Part shown: piece by piece, positions 16,655-22,758 of the stretch
Layout: every line of letters starts with the position of its first letter
Position numbering within the stretch: the first letter of the stretch is position 1
Origin: a virus
Direction: 5' to 3' (one strand)
UHGV virus genome: UHGV-2149192
Length of the DNA: 22,758 bases
The notes under the pieces: model-generated
What the model was told of the DNA's origin: nothing
Seen by the model: the letters and a program-made list of their open reading frames with translations, nothing else
The model's database searches: none
Made by a program: the position numbers and the translations under genes

Positions 16655-16750
16655 NNNNNNNNNNNNNNNNNNNNNNNNNNNNNNNNNNNNNNNNNNNNNN
16701 NNNNNNNNNNNNNNNNNNNNNNNNNNNNNNNNNNNNNNNNNNNNNNNNNN
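16655..16750. other. Run of 96 N (assembly gap or masked bases)
   Basis: Directly visible; content and true length unknown. Confidence 1.
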
Positions 16751-16827
16751 GGGTTCACAAGCAAACCTCAGGCCCACTGCTTTGCGCAAAAGCAGAATGA
16801 GCCTATCAGAGACAGGCTTAATGATCC

Positions 16828-17877
16828 ATGCTTAATACTGTAAAAATATCCAGTTGTGAGTTAATCAACGCCGACTGCCTGGAATTTATCCGGTCGTTAC
16901 CCGAAAATTCTGTTGACCTGATAGTCACGGACCCGCCGTACTTTAAAGTGAAGCCTGAGGGCTGGGATAACCAGTGGAAGGGCGACGATGATTACCTGAA
17001 GTGGCTGGACCAGTGTCTGGCGCAGTTCTGGCGGGTGCTGAAACCTGCCGGAAGTCTTTACCTGTTCTGTGGTCATCGCCTGGCATCTGATATCGAAATC
17101 ATGATGCGTGAACGCTTCAGTGTGCTGAACCATATTATCTGGGCGAAGCCGTCCGGACGCTGGAACGGATGCAACAAGGAAAGCCTGCGGGCGTATTTCC
17201 CCGCCACAGAGCGCATTCTGTTCGCGGAACATTATCAGGGGCCGTATCGTCCGAAAGATGCCGGGTATGCGGCGAAGGGCAGTGCACTGAAACAGCATGT
17301 GATGGCCCCGCTGATTTCTTACTTTCGTGATGCGCGCGCGGCCCTGGGGATAACGGCAAAACAGATTGCAGATGTCACAGGAAAGAAAAACATGGTGTCG
17401 CACTGGTTCAGTGCCAGTCAGTGGCAGCTACCGAACGAAAGCGATTATCTGAAATTACAGTCGCTGTTTGCCCGGGTGGCAGAAGAGAAACATCAGCGCG
17501 GTGAACTGGAAAAGCCCCACCACCAGCTGGTGGATACGTATACGTCACTGAACCGGCAGTATGTGGAGCTGCAGAGTGAATATAAGCATCTGCGGCGGTA
17601 TTTTGGTGTGACGGCGCAGGTGCCGTACACGGATGTATGGACACATAAACCGGTGCAGTTCTATCCCGGGAAACATCCGTGCGAAAAACCGGCAGAAATG
17701 CTGCAGCAGATAATCAGCGCAAGCAGTCGTCCGGGTGACCTGGTTGCAGATTTTTTTATGGGCTCAGGTTCAACGGTAAAAGCGGCACTGGCGCTCGGGC
17801 GTCGTGCGATTGGCGTTGAACTGGAGACCGGACGTTTTGAGCAGACAGTCAGGGAAGTTCAGGATTTAATCGTTTGA
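16828..17877 (+). CDS. Beta-class amino-methyltransferase (N6-adenine or N4-cytosine DNA MTase)
   Basis: Motif IV DPPY (LIVTDPPYF) near the N-terminus and the AdoMet-binding FFMGSGST near the C-terminus (IV-then-I order of beta-class N6_N4 MTases); no adjacent endonuclease candidate. Confidence 0.8.
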   Translation: MLNTVKISSCELINADCLEFIRSLPENSVDLIVTDPPYFKVKPEGWDNQWKGDDDYLKWLDQCLAQFWRVLKPAGSLYLFCGHRLASDIEIMMRERFSVLNHIIWAKPSGRWNGCNKESLRAYFPATERILFAEHYQGPYRPKDAGYAAKGSALKQHVMAPLISYFRDARAALGITAKQIADVTGKKNMVSHWFSASQWQLPNESDYLKLQSLFARVAEEKHQRGELEKPHHQLVDTYTSLNRQYVELQSEYKHLRRYFGVTAQVPYTDVWTHKPVQFYPGKHPCEKPAEMLQQIISASSRPGDLVADFFMGSGSTVKAALALGRRAIGVELETGRFEQTVREVQDLIV

Positions 17878-17926
17878 AACGGATGAGATTGCAGAATTAA
17901 TTACGCACCATTATTATTCTGCTCCC

Positions 17927-18002
17927 GGCCCTTTAGCTCAGTGGTGAGAGCGAGCGACTCATAATCGCCAGGTCGCTGGTTCAAATCCAGCAAGGGCCAC
18001 CA
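17927..18002 (+). tRNA. tRNA-Ile2 (anticodon CAU, ileX/ileZ-like)
   Basis: GGCCCTTTAGCTCAGTGGTGAGAGCGAGCGACTCATAATCGCCAGGTCGCTGGTTCAAATCCAGCAAGGGCCACCA: perfect 7-bp acceptor stem, anticodon loop CTCATAA, T-loop TTCAAAT, encoded CCA; closely resembles E. coli ileX as I recall it. Confidence 0.8.
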
Positions 18003-18009
18003 TCACATA

Positions 18010-18086
18010 CCGCCATTAGCTCATCAGGAAAGAGCGCCAGCCTTCGAAGCTGGTTGCGCGGAGTTCGGGTCCCCGAAGGCGGTCCA
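18010..18086 (+). tRNA. tRNA-Arg-like (anticodon UCG) with imperfect stems; possibly degenerate
   Basis: Cloverleaf can be drawn with anticodon loop CTTCGAA (UCG) and encoded CCA, but the acceptor stem has an A-A mismatch, the T-stem has an A-C mismatch, and the T-loop is TTCGGGT. Confidence 0.45.
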
Positions 18087-18099
18087 TTATCTGTATCCT

Positions 18100-18176
18100 G
18101 CGTTGTTAGCTCAGCCGGACAGAGCAATTGCCTTCTAAGCAATCGGTCACTGGTTCGAATCCAGTACAACGCGCCA
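18100..18176 (+). tRNA. tRNA-Arg (anticodon UCU)
   Basis: GCGTTGTTAGCTCAGCCGGACAGAGCAATTGCCTTCTAAGCAATCGGTCACTGGTTCGAATCCAGTACAACGCGCCA: perfect acceptor stem, anticodon loop CTTCTAA, T-loop TTCGAAT, CCA encoded. Confidence 0.8.
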
Positions 18177-18191
18177 CACTTATTTTCCCTG

Positions 18192-18215
18192 GCTCGCTTT
18201 TGCGGGCTTTTTTTT
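18192..18215 (+). terminator. Rho-independent terminator after the tRNA cluster
   Basis: GCTCGC-tttt-GCGGGC hairpin followed by eight T. Confidence 0.6.
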
Positions 18216-18411
18216 AAATGTCTCACAATTCAGGCGGTTGACTGTTGTCTGGTTTGCGGGGAGTTTGTTAAAAGAAACTGGCATGGTGAATCCCCCTGTG
18301 CGGAGGGGCAATCAGCGAGTAGGTATATGGGATAATCGCGGATTCAGGTGCTGGTACTGAATTCACCGGGAGGCACCCGGCACCATGCAATGGCACATAG
18401 CGCCACTCTCC

Positions 18412-18446
18412 AGCCCCTCTCCGGAGGGGCTGTTTATATTGATTTT
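18412..18446 (+). terminator. Second terminator-like hairpin (AGCCCCTC-tccg-GAGGGGCT) with T-rich tail
   Basis: Perfect 8-bp GC-rich stem followed by gtttatattgatttt; a related hairpin CCCCT-gtgcgg-AGGGG lies near 18285-18300. Confidence 0.45.
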
Positions 18447-18466
18447 GTCAGATGTGAGTAAACTCC

Positions 18467-18802
18467 TTATGGACTTTGTTGTTTTAGTCCATAAGGACAT
18501 ATTTGCAGAGTGCAACGGTTATTAAAGCATTCATTCAATACGTTATCTGTATTTGTAGGGCATTCCTGGCTGTTTTTGATTAAATTCCAGAATGTTTTAT
18601 TGAATGGTACTACGTTGTAAATGGTTACAGGTAGCACTTTGTTATTGAGCATGATGCCTGTGTGAGTCAGTGTAAATATACTTTCAGGAGGTAAGAAAGC
18701 ATCCGATTGATACCAGATTATTAATTTTATTTTACTCCATATGACTGAAAAAGATATTCCGCATGATGGCTGGATAACTGTATCAATCACAATCCACTTC
18801 AT
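18467..18802 (-). CDS. Hypothetical protein (111 aa) in an AT-rich island at the position where Stx phages carry toxin genes
   Basis: ATG 18800-18802 with AAGGAA at 6-nt spacing; C-terminal Cys-rich segment ([24 protein letters not shown]); sits in an AT-rich block between tRNAs and lysis genes. No similarity recognised. Confidence 0.35.
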   Translation of the reverse strand: MKWIVIDTVIQPSCGISFSVIWSKIKLIIWYQSDAFLPPESIFTLTHTGIMLNNKVLPVTIYNVVPFNKTFWNLIKNSQECPTNTDNVLNECFNNRCTLQICPYGLKQQSP

Positions 18803-19062
18803 TTGGTTTCCTTGTTTATGCCTTGCTGGTGATGTCCTGAAAAGTATAAATGATATTTTTGAATGTAAACCATAGAGCAGAATTATTTTTCTGATGTTGT
18901 TTATTGTTTATTTAAATGCAGGGTGGTTTATATCTCGTCTTGTAGTTTATCCATGCATATCTGCTTGATAATCAGGTTTTTATTTAAGGTATAGTTTTGT
19001 GTTTTTTCTGTATTACATGTCAGGTATTTTAAAGAATTATTTTTCAGATAGTGGAAAGAACC

Positions 19063-19251
19063 ATGGCATTTAAACACTATGATGTTGTCAGGGCGGCGCC
19101 GCCGTCAGATCTTGCGGAAAAGCTGACACATAAACTGAAAGAGGGCTGGCAGCCGTTTGGTAGTCCGGTGGCCATAACCCCTTATACCCTGATGCAGGCG
19201 ATTGCAGCAGAAGGTGATGTGGTGGTCAGTGGTGCAACTGAGCCGGAGTGA
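19063..19251 (+). CDS. Small conserved phage protein (possibly DUF1737-like) upstream of the lysis cassette
   Basis: ATG 19063 (ORF track begins at in-frame GTG 19051); MAFKHYDVVRAAPPSDLAEKLTHKLKEGWQPFGSPVAI... resembles small proteins found next to lysis genes in lambdoid prophages (from memory). Confidence 0.45.
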   Translation: MAFKHYDVVRAAPPSDLAEKLTHKLKEGWQPFGSPVAITPYTLMQAIAAEGDVVVSGATEPE

Positions 19252-19494
19252 TACTACGTCATCGTACTGGCCCGGCATTCCAGGCCATAAAAGACAGTCT
19301 GGCAGTGGGACTAAATGCACTGACGCTGACGGATATTACCAAAAATGCAACGTATGGCGTTGAGATAGAAAGTCTGGCGCTGGAGATAAATGCACCGGCA
19401 TCATCATAAAAAGTGAGCCAGTCAAATGGAAGGTATCGTTAAACTCACCGGTAGTGTCAGTGGGTCGTCTGAGACGCTTGCATGAGTTATCAGA

Positions 19495-19526
19495 GCCATC
19501 AGTAGTTAACTGGTGGCTTTTTTATT
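19495..19526 (+). terminator. Strong intrinsic terminator immediately upstream of the holin (tR'-like position)
   Basis: GCCATCAG-tagttaa-CTGGTGGC (8-bp stem with one G-U) followed by TTTTTTATT; about 30 nt upstream of the holin RBS. Confidence 0.55.
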
Positions 19527-19558
19527 GTTGTCAGCTTCCGGATAACGGGAGACGGGGT

Positions 19559-19774
19559 ATGGACCAGATGGAAAAAATCACAACAGGTGTGTCATACACC
19601 ACGTCAGCGGTGGGAACGGGCTACTGGTTCCTGCAGTTGCTGGACAGGGTTTCCCCGTCTCAGTGGGCGGCAATAGGCGTGCTGGGAAGTCTGCTGTTTG
19701 GGCTGCTGACATATCTGACTAACCTGTATTTCAAAATCAGAGAGGACCGTCGTAAGGCGGCACGGGGAGAGTAA
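19559..19774 (+). CDS. Class II holin, phage-21 S-like pinholin (dual start MDQM)
   Basis: [71 protein letters not shown] closely resembles the S21 pinholin as I recall it; two TM segments; Met1/Met4 dual-start arrangement; GGGAGACGGGG RBS. Confidence 0.85.
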   Translation: MDQMEKITTGVSYTTSAVGTGYWFLQLLDRVSPSQWAAIGVLGSLLFGLLTYLTNLYFKIREDRRKAARGE

Positions 19775-19778
19775 TTCA

Positions 19779-20123
19779 ATGACTCAAAACTATGAACTGA
19801 TTGTGAAAGGGATCCGCAATTTTGAGAATACAGTTACGGTAACTTTAGCGTTACGGGACAAAAAACGCTTTGACGGTGAAATTTTAGACCTGGACATCTC
19901 GCTGGACCGTGTTGAAGGTGCCGCGCTGGAGTTTTATGAGGCAGCAGCCAGAAGGAGCATCAGACAGGTCTTCCTGGATGTTGCTGCCGGGTTATGTGAA
20001 GGGGATGAGCAGTCACCGGAAAAGCGCCCCATAATTTTAGAGGCGCAGGGTGTGTGGATAACCTACAAAGGAAAACTGCCGGGAAGAATTACTGGTTCAC
20101 TGAAGACTCCGCCGAAATGGTAA
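19779..20123 (+). CDS. Hypothetical protein (114 aa) inserted between holin and endolysin
   Basis: ATG 19789-19791 (ORF-track 19779 is an in-frame GTG) with GGGGAGAG 9 nt upstream; no motif recognised. Confidence 0.5.
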   Translation: MTQNYELIVKGIRNFENTVTVTLALRDKKRFDGEILDLDISLDRVEGAALEFYEAAARRSIRQVFLDVAAGLCEGDEQSPEKRPIILEAQGVWITYKGKLPGRITGSLKTPPKW

Positions 20124-20361
20124 TTTCACCAGCATATTTTTCTTCCAGTAATACCGCCAGCCACTTGAAAGAATTTTGTTGTTGCTGGGACCATTTGGGG
20201 TTGAGTGATTCAAGCTGGAGCGATGCCAGTGTTGGTTGCATTTGTTCCTTGGGAATTGAGAATGCCAGATATGAAAATGCGACAGTAAGGGCATTTACAT
20301 CATCCCGAAGCTTGGAAATGCAGTCGAGCAACTCCTGTAGAGAAATGGTGCTATTGTCCAT
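20089..20361 (-). CDS. Hypothetical protein (90 aa), antisense to the lysis cassette
   Basis: ATG 20359-20361 with GAGAGGA at 6-7 nt spacing; 3' end overlaps the 3' end of the 19779-20123 gene by about 35 nt (convergent). Confidence 0.45.
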   Translation of the reverse strand: MDNSTISLQELLDCISKLRDDVNALTVAFSYLAFSIPKEQMQPTLASLQLESLNPKWSQQQQNSFKWLAVLLEEKYAGEITISAESSVNQ

Positions 20362-20466
20362 AAACAATCCTCTCTATTGTATTTAACTATTCCTTGCCTG
20401 ATTCAACAGGCCGGGACAGATAAACATATCCAGGGTTCAGAAACCGATAAATCCTGATAAATATCC

Positions 20467-21000
20467 ATGAACGCAAAAATCAGATACGGCCTGTCGGCTG
20501 CCGTTCTGGCACTGATTGCCGTCGGTGCGCCTGCGCCTGATATTCTCGACCAGTTTCTGGATGAAAAAGAAGGTAACCACACAACGGCATACCGCGATGG
20601 TTCCGGTATATGGACCATCTGTCGTGGTGCCACAATGGTGGATGGTAAGCCCGTCATACCGGGAATGAGGCTGTCGAAGGAAAAATGCGACCAGGTTAAC
20701 GCTATTGAACGTGATAAGGCGCTGGCATGGGTGGAGCGCAATATTAAAGTACCACTGACCGAACCACAGAAAGCGGGTATAGCGTCATTCTGTCCCTATA
20801 ACATTGGCCCCGGTAAGTGTTTCCCGTCGACGTTTTATAAGCGGCTGAATGCCGGTGATCGTAAGGGCGCATGCGAGGCGATTCGCTGGTGGATAAAAGA
20901 TGGTGGGCGCGATTGCCGCATACGTTCAAATAACTGCTATGGACAGGTTATTCGTCGTGACCAGGAAAGCGCATTAGCCTGTTGGGGGATAGATCAGTGA
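20467..21000 (+). CDS. R: SAR endolysin (T4-lysozyme-like family, signal-anchor-release type)
   Basis: N-terminal weakly hydrophobic Gly/Ala-rich SAR segment ([18 protein letters not shown]) followed by the lysozyme catalytic region ([22 protein letters not shown]); pairs with the pinholin as in phage 21. Confidence 0.85.
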   Translation: MNAKIRYGLSAAVLALIAVGAPAPDILDQFLDEKEGNHTTAYRDGSGIWTICRGATMVDGKPVIPGMRLSKEKCDQVNAIERDKALAWVERNIKVPLTEPQKAGIASFCPYNIGPGKCFPSTFYKRLNAGDRKGACEAIRWWIKDGGRDCRIRSNNCYGQVIRRDQESALACWGIDQ

Positions 21001-21464
21001 GCAGAGTCGCAGCGATTATTTATACTCTGGTTATCTGCACCATCGTCTGCCTGTCATGGGCTGTTAATCATTACCGCGATAACGCCATTACCTACAAAGC
21101 CCAGCGCGACAAAAATGTCAGAGAACTGAAGCTGGCGAACGCGGCAATTACTGACATGCAGATGCGTCAGCGTGATGTTGCTGCGCTCGATGCAAAATAC
21201 ACGAAGGAGTTAGCTGATGCGAAAGCTGAAAATGATGCTCTTCTGCGGAAGCTTGATAATGGTGGCAGGGTGCTCGTCAAAGGAAAATGCCCTGTGCCAT
21301 CCTCAGCCGAAACCTCCAGCGCCTCCGGCATGGGCAATGATGCCACCGTCGAACTCTCTCCAGTTGCTGGACGAAACGTTCTCGATATCCGGGACGGAAT
21401 TATCCGCGACCAAACAGCACTGAGAACGCTTCAGGAATACATTAGGACGCAATGCCTTCGATGA
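20997..21464 (+). CDS. Rz: Rz i-spanin
   Basis: From GTG 20997 (overlapping the endolysin stop): [79 protein letters not shown]... is nearly identical to my recollection of lambda Rz over the N-terminal half. Confidence 0.8.
   Translation: MSRVAAIIYTLVICTIVCLSWAVNHYRDNAITYKAQRDKNVRELKLANAAITDMQMRQRDVAALDAKYTKELADAKAENDALLRKLDNGGRVLVKGKCPVPSSAETSSASGMGNDATVELSPVAGRNVLDIRDGIIRDQTALRTLQEYIRTQCLR
21217..21423 (+). CDS. Rz1: Rz1 o-spanin lipoprotein, embedded in the +1 frame of Rz
   Basis: [21 protein letters not shown]... has a lipobox (VAGC) and a proline-rich stretch ([11 protein letters not shown]); AAGGAG 7 nt upstream of ATG 21217. Confidence 0.7.
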   Translation: MRKLKMMLFCGSLIMVAGCSSKENALCHPQPKPPAPPAWAMMPPSNSLQLLDETFSISGTELSATKQH

Positions 21465-21639
21465 TAGCAATAATTTTACTCATCATCCTTCACATCTGGC
21501 TCTGTAGACAGGGTGGTGATCACTTCTGGAGTAAATCCAGATTAAACATCTCATTGCTGATGCTTGATATTGAGCATCTGGCGCGCAGTAAGGGGCTGCG
21601 TTGAGATAAGAGCCAGTTCATTACAAATACCAGGATTTA

Positions 21640-21664
21640 GCCTCGCATTCGCGGGGCTTTTTAT
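21640..21664 (+). terminator. Intrinsic terminator-like hairpin after the lysis cassette
   Basis: GCCTCGC-attc-GCGGGGC (7-bp stem with one G-U) followed by TTTTTAT. Confidence 0.5.
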
Positions 21665-21806
21665 ATCTGAATTTCACAGCGCATCTCACGCGCATATTAA
21701 CGAGAGCCTTTCAGTAAGCGAGCCTGAGAAATGCCGTTATAGGTGGCGACCTCTCTCGGGCGGCTTTTCTGTGAGACAGGCTCACTTTCTAAAAGGTAAA
21801 GACGCT

Positions 21807-22331
21807 ATGAATAATCATTCAGTTATTCCAGCCTTCGACTTCCGAGAAATGGTGCAAGCCAAAAACGGAGAGGTCGTTACCACATCCAGAAAAATTGCCA
21901 AGTACTTCGGCAAGCGACACGGTGATGTTCTCAGGAAAATCGAGCAGGTTAAGGCTGATTGCTCGCGTGAGTTTAGCCAACGCAATTTTGCGTCGGCTGA
22001 TTATATCGATGAGCAGGGCAAGGTTCGCCCGATGTACAGCCTGACGAAAGATGGCTGGATCATGGTTGTGATGGGGTTCACCGGGAAAGCTGCTGCGGCA
22101 ATCAAGGAGAGCTATATCGCAGCATTCAACTGGATGGCAGAGCAACTGAGCCGCCGCATGGCAATTGGCGAAGAAATGCAGCACCGCTACGCCACCAAAG
22201 AAACACGCTCAAAGCTGAAAGGTACGATCGGCAGTCGGTTAATGAACGAACGGAAGAAAGAGAAGCGTGTCCTGGCTGTCGAGCATGAATACATCTTGCA
22301 GGTGACACAGCCTGAACTGCTGATTAATTGA
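21807..22331 (+). CDS. Rha-family phage regulatory protein, paralog 4
   Basis: From ATG 21807 (AAGG upstream): MNNHSVIPAFDFREMVQAKNGEVVTTSRKIAKYFGKRHGDVLRKIEQVKADCSREFSQRNF...LTKDGWIMVVMGFTGKAAAA is a clear Rha domain, parallel to the 8500-9051 paralog. Confidence 0.7.
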   Translation: MNNHSVIPAFDFREMVQAKNGEVVTTSRKIAKYFGKRHGDVLRKIEQVKADCSREFSQRNFASADYIDEQGKVRPMYSLTKDGWIMVVMGFTGKAAAAIKESYIAAFNWMAEQLSRRMAIGEEMQHRYATKETRSKLKGTIGSRLMNERKKEKRVLAVEHEYILQVTQPELLIN

Positions 22332-22758
22332 AGATGTCATTACAAAGCCTATCTACGGGGGGATTGATAATGGCTTATACCCTGCACGGGATAACTTAAC
22401 TGATATCCCTTTTAACGGATAAAGGTATTCAAGCCTGACACATCATGCGCTGTATCGTCGCCGTATTCCCGCATTAACCATGACCGTAGCCCGACGGGGA
22501 ATTCCTTCTGCGTGAGTGTGCGGGAATAATCAAAAACGATGCACACCGGGTTATTAACGCGTCAACTGAACGCGGGGTTGCTCTTCATGTCAGCCAGTCC
22601 GGTGCAGGGGTAGAAGAAACCGGACGTTATGGTTTAGTGTGGAAACATTTGTGATGTGCTCTGTATGTTTTCAGTAAAGAGTAATGAATTATCAAAGGTA
22701 TAGTAATATCTTTTTTGTTCGTGGATATTTGTAACCCACCGAAAAACTCCTGCTTTAG

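Noticed and set aside
16254-16835. ORF-track entry 16254..16835 translated through the N-run
   Set aside because: It starts at a TTG in an intergenic region and reads through 96 unknown bases; only the 16491-16654 part is interpretable.
16897-17644. Minus-strand ORFs inside the N6/N4 methyltransferase gene (16897..17403, 17135..17359, 17408..17644)
   Set aside because: Antisense to a gene with clear catalytic motifs; translations are Arg/Pro-rich and low-complexity.
18054-18335. Plus-strand ORF 18054..18335
   Set aside because: It overlaps two tRNA genes and a terminator; spurious.
18220-19050. Shiga toxin genes expected downstream of the ileZ-argN-argO-like tRNA cluster
   Set aside because: No plus-strand ORF of the right size (about 320 aa A subunit, about 90 aa B subunit) and no signal-peptide-bearing ORF pair is present; the locus holds only an AT-rich block with one minus-strand ORF.
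1-22758. Insertion sequence, transposase or integrase within the window
   Set aside because: No transposase- or integrase-like ORF and no terminal inverted repeats seen; the integrase is expected just beyond xis, outside the window start.

Overview
This window reads as a lambdoid (E. coli/Shigella-type) prophage segment running from the excisionase end through to the lysis cassette. Everything below is from manual reading of the sequence and ORF track; no searches were run, so family names rest on recognised motifs and memory. Layout: (1) partial xis at the window start and a leftward early operon of small, mostly unknown genes (1-5160, minus strand); (2) an immunity region with an S24/LexA-type CI repressor flanked by two clusters of GATAC-containing operator-like repeats; (3) a rightward early region with three Rha-family genes, then an iteron-containing replication initiator, a DnaC-like loader and a DnaB-like helicase; (4) a small Q-like late antiterminator; (5) a visibly AT-rich cargo cassette encoding a C5-cytosine methyltransferase convergent with a DUF262 (ParB/GmrSD-N-like) gene and a HEPN-motif gene, which I rank as the most likely novel defence/abortive-infection module; (6) a beta-class N6A/N4C methyltransferase, three tRNAs (Ile2-CAU, Arg-UCG-like, Arg-UCU), terminators and an AT-rich moron where Stx phages carry toxin genes (no stx present); (7) a phage-21-like lysis cassette (pinholin, SAR endolysin, Rz/Rz1) interrupted by two unknown genes, followed by a fourth Rha-family gene. 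A 96-nt run of N (16655-16750) interrupts one gene. Gene starts were checked by hand against the sequence where stated.
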